From: Antedon mediterranea
Lineage: Eukaryota > Animalia > Echinodermata
Assembly: GCF_964355755.1 (NCBI RefSeq)
Contig: NC_092678.1
Location: forward strand, 15,107,681 to 15,171,680
DNA length: 64,000 bases
Direction: 5' to 3'
In this document: positions 15,301-27,300 of the stretch, piece by piece
Layout: each line of letters starts with the position of its first letter
Numbering within the stretch: position 1 is the stretch's first letter
Notes under the pieces: model-generated
Told to the model about the DNA's origin: nothing
Databases searched by the model: none
The model's input: only the letters and a program-made list of their open reading frames with translations
Translations under genes and position numbers: made by a program

Positions 15301-18300
15301 TGGTGGAATATTGACAGATATAACGATACAGATAAATTGATTAAAGAGATCATTAATGATAAACAGATACCGATAAGTGGATCGCCAAAACGATTCATAA
15401 AACGTTTGTATAATGCAACAAGTTACTGATTTAATTTTTTTTGCAGGATTATTTTTAAATTACGACATTTGCTAAATTATTGATAGCATAGTCTACGTAT
15501 TTGATGAGATTTGTTTAGTAATGATGTGATTTCAGTTAAAAGAGAATTGAATTTATGTTTAAGTATTGATTTTGTAACGAGTTTGATAAAGATTAATTTT
15601 GAATTTTGAATGATCGATATATTGAGATATTAAAAGGAACGACAATCATTTTGTAACAAATATTTTGTTTAACCTTTGAGTCGTTAATCTCAAGCATTAA
15701 TTAATTGATATACAAGAACAGGAGATTTTCTTAGTACTCTTAATTGTAATTTTGTTGACATTGAGTACAAAAGTCGAATTTGTCGATTGATTGAAATCGT
15801 AATTACCTGTAAATATAAATGCTTAAATCGATAAAGTTGTGACGATAACGATATATTGTGGATAAGTTTGTGTCAACGGGACACATACATTCGTTTCTTT
15901 TAAAGTTTTAAGTGATTAAGTTTGATATTTGATTTTAGGCTAATCAGCCACAGTTTCTTGAATTTTACGTTTTGATTTGATTGATTTATATTTGAAGGCC
16001 ATTAGAACGCGATAAGTTGTCGCGCTATTTGATATATATTCATTGTACATATTCTTTAAGTTCTTTAAATTTGACCAATTGACGTTTGATTAACGCTCGA
16101 GGGAGGAGTAGAGCCAATTACGAGCTATATATATAAACAACCGGATGGGCAGACTATAAATAAGTCGCACGAGCGTATCAAATATACAGTATTTACTGTC
16201 GAATTATAAGTTAATTTACTTTTGTGAGATTGTTATAATAGTTGAACTTGAAATTTTATTGTTTGAGTTTATATCGTTTATTTAGTTTAATATTGTTTAT
16301 TTTAAATACATTTTAATTTTATTTATCTTAATTTTAGTCAATTCCAAATTTCCCCCTAAAATGGAATCCGAAAAGCTTGACGTTACACAGTTATGCTTAA
16401 AACACAAAATTCAAATGACGCCCCTGTCCACAGAATGTGCCCTTATAAAGAAGATAATCCTTTACCAAAGCGAACAAAACGTAATTCTCCATATTACCAA
16501 AATGATGCCATTTACTTTAGATTCCTTGAAAAGAGTTTTATTATTCCTTTGCGACATCCGTCCAGCAGACCAACTGACAAACCTCAAATTAAATACCCTT
16601 TTACACATTGGCAGTTATTTATGTTGTTTCGACAAAATGTCCTCCCCCATTATAGACTACATTTGGAAGCATAAGAGTGAACCAGCCCTACTTGACTTTT
16701 CCACAATCGACCTTTCCATTAATCTAGACGGCATCGCCACTTGTATACCAAACACACATGAATTTCACAGACAACATATTTATTCTATGACCCTCCTGCT
16801 CTTAGCAATTACAAAAGACATCAAAGCCCCACAATGCACAACATTTTTTTCAAGAGTCCGACAACAAACAGGCATCATACCCCAAGACGAATTAAAACCT
16901 AGCGAACACTCACCATTTGGATATGTTGTAACTAAATATAAGAAAAAACTATATTCGCACATTCGTAACATGCAGTACCTGGAAAATAAATACCAAGATA
17001 CCCCTGCCAAATTTGTCAATGTAACCCCGAAATTAAAAACTTTCATACTGATTGTACAATCAACAAATGCTGCGGAACATTGTTTCACAAAAATTGCCAA
17101 CAAATAAACAAGAAATACCAATGCTTGAATTGCGGTATGGTATATTTGAATGAGATGCCTTACACTGCTACCTACATATTGGACGACGGCACACTGTGGA
17201 CTACATCCCATTATTATCGATTATTATATGATTGATTTCAATTTATCCTTTATAAATTTTTTTTCTATTTCAAATAATTAACGAGAGTCGACTTCTTGAC
17301 CGATGTTTTTTAGGGAAACCCAACCGTTGTGATGTTTATATTTCGGTAATCCGAGTGTAGCATGCCTCCAAAGCAACGGACCCACAATTATGTCGATCTT
17401 GAAGAACACTTTTGTTTTTTTTATATACATTTTTTGTTTCAAATTTTATATAAATTCCGGAATTTTTATACGAAATTCATTTTTAATTTCATTTTTTTAA
17501 GAGAGAGAAGAGAGAGAGTGAAAGTGATAAGGTTACACTTCAGAGTCAATGGTTTTGGCTAACTCAATTTTTGCTTATATGTATAATAATGTTTTTTTTC
17601 TTTTATATAACTTTAATTTTGCATGCCACTATTATAACCATTTTTATATGTTAAATAGATTAGAAAAAAAAAAAGGGAAACAGAGGGATGTGATATAAAG
17701 ATATACTTTTATATTTAAGAAATTGACCTTTGTATCGGAATTTAAATAGGTTCACAAACTTGACCCAGAAAGTCCAAAGGAGAGTTTGTCCAGATGTTTT
17801 AATGACCATTTAGTTTATAATAGAATCCCTAAAGAAAACACTTAGCTTAATTTTGTGACCTTTCCCATCGTTAAACCAGGAGTGATGGACACTATTTAAG
17901 TACAGATTTGACAGTGTCATCCATCACAGAAATACCTTATTATACCGTTAATCACTCCCACTTAAACACCCCTGGATCAACTTAGGACCAATCGTTACCC
18001 TCACAGATGATGTAATGACATTATGCAAATGAACTGAGCCAATATACTCCCAAGTTTCAGAAGGGCCCAGACACACCTTACAGCCACCTCACGGAGCACA
18101 CACCTTACAGCCACCTCACGGAGCACACACCTTACAGCCACCTCACGGAGCACACACCTCACAGCAGACCTACACACTTCACACCTCACCGACAGCATCA
18201 TTGACCGTCCGTTCCTTATGTATACTTATAGTTGTATATTGTACTGAAGTATTATACTGAATAAACAATATAGTGTTATGACAGTCAAGCGAGTAAGAGT

Positions 18301-21300
18301 CTTTCATTAGTACCTCAACAACCCAAACGTTATATTACAATATAAATATGGAACAATAGCGTCGGCGTGCACACTAATGTTATCAAATCTACGTTTCGCG
18401 GTACATCTCGGATAGATAAGGTAGGTATCCAAGGCGGAGATTTGTAGAGAAGTTTTTGCATTGTGCTCGCCTATGTCAGAATTAACCATAATTTATATAT
18501 AGATATGGTAGCCAATCACCAAAAATGGATGGTGCCCAAACGGCCATACATCATTGTACAACCTGGAATCTCTCAACCACCCGATTCCTACCTCTGGATT
18601 ATCTAGCTGTGTGTCAGACAAATCTAAATTAATGTGAAACTGCAGTTCTAATTAAAGTTTTTTTTTATCAACTATTAAACAGTAGCTGTTTCGTCTGGAT
18701 GTAATGTGGTTGTCTCACGCCATGAGCAGCAAATTTGATCTGATGTTTTTTGATATTATGATGATGTGTTTTCTGTTTTAAATATATCTAACAATCTAGA
18801 TTTTCAACTTTTCAATTATTAATTGTATCATCATCCTCACCATCTCCTTTTCAAATACATCTCTTATCACTATTGTTGATCATCTTTTGAACCACTTTCC
18901 GATTTGCTGGAACCATTTTAATTAACTGAGCCAATGAAAGATGCAATGCCTCGCGAGCTTATGAATACGTTGTAATAAGCCAGCTTTACTCCAATCCTGG
19001 TGTTGTAGTTGTTCAAGAGTCGCTTATATTCGGCAAATTTTGATTTTTCAATCATTTCAAAGTTACCGGTTCCCATTTCTTTATAAATGATCAAACTATC
19101 AAGTGATCTAAAACTTTCTGACTTTCTTACTGCATTTCACCATTCCTAATAATGGAGTATGTGTATTCATGTTTTCAGTTGTTACATTATAACAGTATTT
19201 CATTTCATTATTTATTCTGTCTATTTCAATATATAAATAACAAAATGGTCAACCTAAGTGAACTTAATCACTGTAGCGGAGCCGGTTGACCCAACCCCAA
19301 AGTTATTTATAAGACTCATTATATTTGATGTTTATGACTTCTTCACAGGCAGGAAACACACCGATCAATATTTATCTGAGTCGTCGTGATGTGGAATTAG
19401 AGATATTGTTTTGTATGATAACCAATGGTGTATCCCCCACATTAACAAAAGAGGTAATTCGTCATAAAAATGTAAATTGAAATAAAGCATACTGGTTGTT
19501 TTTGTTCATCCTATTATTACCTTCAAATGTAAGAAGGTAATGTACTATTGTACTATGTTGTTTAATTATTATTAACACGTTGCAACTGCTCTTGGTATAA
19601 TACATTTAGCTCCTTACAATTAATTTGATTTAGTTATCCATGTTGCATAATCAATCGAAGAGAAATATTTATTTATTAAAAATATAACATTTTTTATTTG
19701 TTTAGGAAGGAAGCAATGCTCTACATGTACATCTAAGTGGTAGATATGTTAAACCTACGTTAGGAATAGTGACTAATCTTATTAAACTTGGTGTGTCTCC
19801 AACATTACAGAATAAGGTAAAGTACATAAGAGTGTGCCTATATTCCCGTGATCTAACATTGTTTAAATATCGGGTGGGACTCAAACACACCTCAGATCAC
19901 GAGTATGGTGTTGTTCATAACTATATACCTGCTCAAGAGTGGTTACAGCAAGCAAATACAGTTGGACACCACTAACGTTCGTGGTACCGATATTAAATAT
20001 CTAAATAGGAAATCTAAATATATATTTTTTTAATTATCCGCATCCTTTGTTTAATTTAATTCTTTATTGTATAAAATAAGTATGTATGATTTATAATGAA
20101 CTTTAGAGAAAAGTGCTATACGTAAGTAAAGTAGTAACGTCGAAACCTAAGCTAATGCTAACGGCCTTAGTGCCCGTCTCCATTTCCTTAGCGTTTGGTC
20201 CAGGCTCCACTAAGTGTGTATGTTTGCGGGGTACGCCACTCCTCCCGCACAAACGAGTCTGATTTACCTTCCCAGTACTTTTAACATACCGGTACCCATT
20301 TCTATCACCTTGGTGGGGAGGAACAATGTGGATAAAGAATCTTGCTCAAGGACTCAACACCGCAGTGACCACGATATTTCTTTTCGTACATAAGTTGAGG
20401 ACCCTCGTGAAACGTCACAAAATAAACATAAGGTGTGACAAAAGAATTGAGCTAACTACAATTCGCTAATGGAAACGATTTCTGTCGAGCCGTCTGTGTA
20501 GTCGAGTGGATAAGACTGTGGACTTTATATGTCGATGTATGGGGTTCGACTCCCATGAGCTACTTCTTTTACTTTATAGTGAGAGAGATTATTTGGAGGG
20601 TTAGGTTTAGTTATATTTTGGAAATAGTTTGCCTATCTTTCACATGGGTCCCCAACTTATATACGAAAAAAAAATCGCGGGCCGAGCTTGAATCGGCAAC
20701 CTCTTGATTGCAAGTCCAATGCTCTAACCACTGCGCCACAGTGCTCCACTAAGTGTTGCCTTACGTACGTCTTCATTATTATGTAATATTACATCTTCAT
20801 ATCACATAGCATAAGGTATAAGGATAGAGATAATTTATTGAATGAATTATCAATTTAACTATGTTTTATGTGGACATGTCATTATAAAATTAATGGTTGA
20901 ATTTAGAATGATGACTGGAAGCAATGTTCACATTAATCTGTATGTAAAAACTACACGATTATGATTTCTTTTGTCAGTAAAATTGCAAAATTAGGGAATC
21001 AACAGACAATTGATATAATTCGGTCTACGTTCAGAGCATAAGCACCTGCCAGCAAAACCTTTATTTTAATTTGTTTGTGTATTATTTATCATTGCATAAC
21101 ATAACTGATTTTCTGCAATAACCTGTATGTATAATTTCTTTATAGGACGGAAACACCCCGCTGCATGAATACATGCGTTCAAATAAACCTACCTTAGAAG
21201 TAGTAAACTATCTCAGGAAACAAGGTGCTTCAATAACAGCACTAAATAAGGTAATACAGGGTTACAGATAAGTTATTATGATTACGTACGTATGATCTGC

Positions 21301-24300
21301 ACCGCAACAATATCTTATCCACTTATTTTATATCATATTACAATTGATAATAACTATACTTATTTGCTGCAATACACTGTTTGTATAAACTTCTTGATTA
21401 TAATTTCTTGAAAGAACGGAAACACTCCACTGCATGAATACATGCGTTCAAATGAACCTATCTTAGAAGTAGTAGACTATCTCACGAAGCAAGGTGCATC
21501 CGTAACAGCACTAAATAAGGTAATATATGGCTACATATAAGTTATATGATTACACCTAACGTCGGCGAAATTATGTTTTTTTTATCTATTTTTTACCCCA
21601 TTTAAAAATGTAATGTTTTGGTGTGATGTCACTTACAACAATGGCATCAAAATAATCAATAAGGATACGAATGAATTATACGGTGGCATATAAGTGTCAC
21701 GGAAACTTTCAAAAAATATCACGGCAATTTAAAAAAAAAGCCACGGCAATTTGAAAAAAGCCACGGCAAATTAAAAATAAAACATCACGGCAAATTAAAA
21801 ATAAAACATCGCGGCAATTTAACAAAAATACCCCGGCAACTTAAAAATGAAACACCACGGCAAATTAGTATTGAAACACCACGGCAAATTAATAATGAAA
21901 CACCACGGCAAATTACAGAATGCCACGGCGGAAGGTTCAAATAAACCTATCTTAGAAGTAGTAGACTATTTCACGAAGCAAGGTGCATCCGTAACAGCAC
22001 TAAATAAGGTAATAATGGGCTAGAGATAATTTCAAAATAAGGGAATGCACAGACAATTGATATACTTCGATCTACTTTCACAACATATGCACCAGCAAAC
22101 ATTTTATTTCAATTTCTTTGTGTATTATTATCATTACCTAACTATAATTATTTGTTTCAATACACTGTTCGTATAAACTTCATGATTATAATTTCTTTAA
22201 AGGACGGAAACACCCCGCTGCATGAATACATGCGTTCAAATGAACCTATCTTAGAAGTAGTAGACTATCTCACGAAGCAAGGTACATCCGTAACAGCACT
22301 AAATAAGGTAATATGAGGCTACAGATAAGTTTATGATTACACCTAACGTCGGTGAAATTATGTTTATTTTTCTATTTTTTACCTCATTTAAAAATGTAAT
22401 ATTTTGGTGTGATGTCACTTACAACATTGGCATAACAATAATCAATAAGGATACGAATAAGATAAGATAAGATAAGATAACTTTTATTGATCCTCAAAAA
22501 GGAAATTCATTGCTTGTCATAATAACAAAGAAAACACAATAAAAACAAATATAGCATAAAACCATTCATATAAAAACATCTAAAAAATTACAAGATAAAA
22601 TTATCTTCTTGACTTCCTGTTGTACTGGATGATACCGGAAGGAATAAAGGATTTAGCAAATCGATTTGTTTTCACACTGAGGAGCCTCAATCTACCACTT
22701 GGATTAAGTTGGTCTATGATCACTTTGTGGAGAGGATGAGAGGCATCCGACTCAATGCATTCGAAATGAATGAATGAATTATGACTGGAAGAACACGCCG
22801 CGGAATGTTCAAACGTTTCTATTCCAGTACGAATACTACTTTCAATTACAACCTAGCTATCTCATATTGCATCTTGCATAACACTCAACATCTCCTTACC
22901 ACAATGCTAATTTTCAAATAGATTCCAATATATTCATGGTATGTGGTACTGATATTGTTTACGTTTAATAATAAACTTCGTCTTAATATTTTTTTTCTCT
23001 ATAGGACGGAAACACCCCGCTGCATGAATACATGCGTTCAAATAAACCTACCTTAGAAGTAGTAAACTATCTCAGGAAACAAGGTGCTTCAATAACAGCA
23101 CAAAACAAGGTAATATAAGTCTGAAAATAATTTATATGATTACACCTATAACGTACGTATGATATGTGCCGCAAATATATTTTATCCACTTTATTTCATA
23201 TCAAATTACAATTGATTGAGTTATTTAGAATTACTTGCTGCAATAATTATTTAGTAGTAATTAAACAAGATCCTACAATTATTATGGGATTGGTATATTG
23301 ATTATGTTTTATGTGGACATGTCATTATAAAAGAGCTGAATTTAGAATCATGAGAGAAAGCAATGTTTACGTTAACATGTATGCATAAACTACACGATTA
23401 TGATTTCTTTAATGATTCTGTAAAATTACAATATAAGAGACAATTGGTCTGCTTTTGACCCCATTTAAACATTTAACTTGTTGGTGTGATGTTAATTACA
23501 ACAATGTCATCCAAATAATCAACAAGGACACGAATGAATTATAACCGGAAGAACACGCCGCGGAATTTTCAAAACGTTTCTATTCCAGTACGAATAATAC
23601 TTTCAATTACAACTATCTCATATTATTGCATCTTGCATAATACTCAACATATCCTTACCACAATATTAATTTTCGAATAGATTCAAATATAGTCATCGTA
23701 TGTGGTAGGCCTACTGGTATTTTTTTACGTTTAATAATCCTTTTATAATATAATGGCTTCGAATTTTGATAATTTTATCTTATTTTAGGAACAAATGTAA
23801 GTAAACTTACCAATTCGATGTTTACCACTTCGAGTGAACATTTTGAAAACATTCAAAACACATACATATGTGTCTAGGCTATACTAAAATAGCTTCCAAG
23901 TTGGCTACATCATAATCGGAATCACCCTGGAACCATCAACTTTAACCAATAGGTTCTAACCAAATTTAAAAGAACCGCACAAATACACATTTGACGCGTA
24001 ATGCTTATAATGTGGGCTGAAATTGTTTAGTACGCGAATGACCTAGATATTTGATATACTTTTATGTTCATAGGAAGGAAAAACAGCAGTATCTGTTTTA
24101 GAAGAAAATACGCAGATAGAAAAAACAAAACAAATCATGATTTTAGAGTATTTTGACAGTAAGTTAATAAGATTATATTAAAATTTATCTAAATTAAAGT
24201 TGATTTAACTTTAAACATTTGCATTTTAAAAACAAATGTTATTCATACATTAAGTTTTACATAAAACCATGAATGCGAAAACCGAAATGATACATGTATG

Positions 24301-27300
24301 TTATGCGTATTTTTAATTATTTGAATTAGAACTGCTAGTTCCTCCAGAAATATTTGCCATGGGTAAAGAGGCTATTAAGATATATAAAGATGAACTGAAA
24401 GATGGTAAAATTGCAGTTGTGAATTCAAGATGTATGTTTCTTGGGAAAGAAGGTGCTGGTAAGACAAGCTGCGTAAAGTCCATGCTTAGAGAGAGGTAAA
24501 AAAAAATACAATTGATACAAATATTATTGTGTTAACATTAGGATAATATTATTAATCAATTATTTCAACGTAAATATATACTTGTATTATGTTGACTAAA
24601 GGTTGCCTCTCTTGAATTTTTATAATATATACAGCCTTCTAAAAGTGTGTATTTGTATCACTAGTTTGATAATTTCAATTCGTTAAACGTAATGTAATGG
24701 ACTAAACGTATTTAATGAATTTTGTTTCAACTTCAACGTACATTAGTAAAAACTTTCATCTGGATCACTGTATAGTATTCAAGTAAATTTTCTTTTGGAT
24801 GATCCAAAGTCGACCAGCGAAAGCTAGAGTAAAAAACGTAAGTTTTACGATTTTTATTTGACTTTGGATCATCCAAAAGAAAATTTACTTGAATTCAACA
24901 TTCATGTTTACAATAGATTCAACCCTAAAGAACCTTCGACAGATGGTATAGTTACAGCTACCGTGTTTAAAGCAACTGGAGAGAGCAATTGGAAGAAGAT
25001 TAAAGACGGTAAGATAATGTGATTATCCGAACTCTAATAGAGAGAAATGGCGAACCGCGATGACGTCACTCAAATTTCACCGAGTGGGTATAGATTGTAA
25101 ACAAACCATTTCGCCACATGTTTTTGTATGGGAAATTCCGATGGGTTGAGTTAAAAAGGTAGGTAGAAAAGAACGTTTAAAACACACATAATAGCAGTAT
25201 CTTTTTTTTTTGCAACACCCTTAACAATTTTAATGTTATATGGGCAAATCTTCAACATATTTTATTTTAATTTGGATTGAATTAAGACGCGTTTTTGTTA
25301 TATACTGTACCCAGCTCTAGCTAGGCTGGCTAGGCCCTAATAAATACTGTAGTTGGCCTGTATGCTGTAGTACCTTGAGTACTCGAGCCTTGCACGGATT
25401 ATCGGTTATTATAATAATAATAATAATATTGGAAATTCGTTATTGCATACTGTACTACTACTACTTTAGCTAGGGTGCTGCTAGGCCTCTCCTAGCTAGG
25501 TAGTAAGACTAAATAGAGCATCTCTAGTAGATGTAGGCCTAGCATTAGTTTCAGCTTGACAACAACTGCCATTTTGTTATGTGGCTAGTGATGCTTCCTG
25601 TAGGTGAGGGGGGGGGGGGGGGGGCTACCGCCAGTAATGAATACTTGATAACACCATTCTACTATAATATTATAGACCTACAGATATGAGATATTTTTAG
25701 GAATATGATTGTGAATGATGGATGACTTTTATACATATTTCATTGTTTTATTGGTTTATTTTCAGTTATATAATGCCACACTACTGTATTGCATTTGGTT
25801 GCAACAATGTGTCATCCGAACATCCCGAACTGTCATATCACAGTGTACCGTCACACAACCATCTCCTAAGAAATAAGTGGTTCAACCGCATAAAAAGAGA
25901 CAAACAGCATTTGGCGTTAACATCATCTGCGAAGGTGTGCTCAAGTCATTTTCATCAACAAGATTTCTGTAACCCAACATCAAAAAACAGACGACGTCGA
26001 CTAAAACCAGATAGTGCACCTTCAAAATTTGCTTGGACCATACCTGCAGCTGGCGAGTCATCTTCAGAGGATGATGAAGTACGGTCTGCCTTTAAAAAGC
26101 GTGAAGATTTCAGGGCCGAGCAAGAGGATGAAACAGATACCGCTTCTGAGGGAAAATGCGACATTTTCCCTGAAAATCCAGAAATTATTTCAAAGTCAAC
26201 TCAATACAGAAAAGTGGATTATACTGAAGATGAAGAAGATGAAGTAGAAGAAGAATGCCATCACTCATTCTCAGCAAACCAACTCTACTATAAGTGTCAT
26301 ACAGAAAAAATGGAGTACAAAATTTTCATGCATTTTACTGGGTTCCCATCAAAACAGCGTTTCATTGATTTTGCTCAATTTGTTATACCAACATTTGGCA
26401 ATGATGATATTGTTTATTGGAACACCAAAGCTTGTAAAAGAAGGCGGGTTAACATGGAGCAATTGCTTGAGGTTGGTTTAGAGAACACTGAAGACGAGAC
26501 CGCTAGTCTAGACGATACCCGCCAGAAAAGTCGCAAGATGACTGTTTGGAATGAGTTACTACTGACATTGATGAAACTACGAACAGGGTGTTCAAATATC
26601 GACCTAGCAGTCCGGTTCAACATTGCCGAAGGAACAGTGTCAAATAAAGTAATCACACATGTAAATCTACTTTATACAACTCTTGGGTCCCTTAAAATAT
26701 GGCCACATCGTGATATCATACTGAAGCATGCGCCAACAAAATTTTTAAAGAAGTATCCAAATACAGTTATTATAATAGATGCTACAGAGCTTTTCATTCA
26801 AATCCCAAGTTCTCTACAAAAACAAAGTGAAAGCTACTCACAATATAAGCACCACACTACCATGAAAGGGCTTCTTGGTGTTGATCCTAAGGGAGGGGTT
26901 ATCTTTGTTTCACAATTATTTGAGGGGTCAATCAGTGACAAAGAACTCGTCAATAGAAGTGGGTTCCTAAATGTTTTAAAGGCAAAAATTAATTGCGGTG
27001 TAATTCATAAAGGTGACACTGTTATGGCTGATCGTGGTTTTCTTATTGAGGATGAACTAAGGGCTATGGGTTTAAAGTTAAATTCACCACCTTTCCTGAG
27101 GGAGAAGGGTAACTTCAACGTACATGACGTAATTAAAATCCAGACTGTAGCAAAACATCGCATTCACATTGAAAGGGCTATTGGAAAAATAAAACGTTCA
27201 TGATTTTCAAATCAACACTTCCAGTAGCAATGTTTGGCACATTAAACCAAATTTGGACTGTTGTTTGTCTGTTGTCAAACTTTCAGAACCCTATCCTGAC

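Larger units (their letters stand above)
7501..18339 (+). mobile_element. Ty3/Gypsy LTR retrotransposon with three LTRs
   Basis: TG...CA ends; ATAT TSD (7497-7500, 18340-18343); PBS-like TGGTGG at 8815; PPT before 17689; domain order gag-PR-RT-RH-IN. Confidence 0.96.
6317..18503 (-). mobile_element. Non-autonomous Helitron (about 1.35 kb own sequence) hosting a nested Gypsy element
   Basis: On the minus strand it starts TCTATATATA and ends in a GC-rich hairpin plus CTAG. Inserted between A and T with no TSD; the empty site attattatta|tatggtagcc is visible in the paralogous unit at 3170/3171. Confidence 0.9.
1..20040 (+). repeat. Tandem segmental duplication of an ankyrin two-exon unit (about 4.15 kb); copies start near 1, 4155 and 19486
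   Basis: Near-identical sequence at 1/4155/19486. Copy 2 lacks about 1010 bp (tcat microhomology junction near 4585) and carries the 12.2-kb Helitron/Gypsy insertion. Confidence 0.92.

Noticed and set aside
9872-15398. Many antisense ORFs over gag/pol, the ISL2EU genes and the LINE
   Set aside because: Shadow ORFs of real coding strands with no independent motifs
16361-17107. Calling the extra Gypsy ORF env
   Set aside because: No signal peptide, cleavage site or membrane anchor evident; left as unknown
20490-20560. tRNA gene candidates (also 20685-20750, 2405-2470, 56290-56360)
   Set aside because: Only A/B-box-like motifs with broken stems inside SINE/MITE sequence
21680-21930. cacggcaa repeats as a CRISPR-like array
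   Set aside because: Short degenerate units with A-rich similar spacers, eukaryotic intron context, no cas genes
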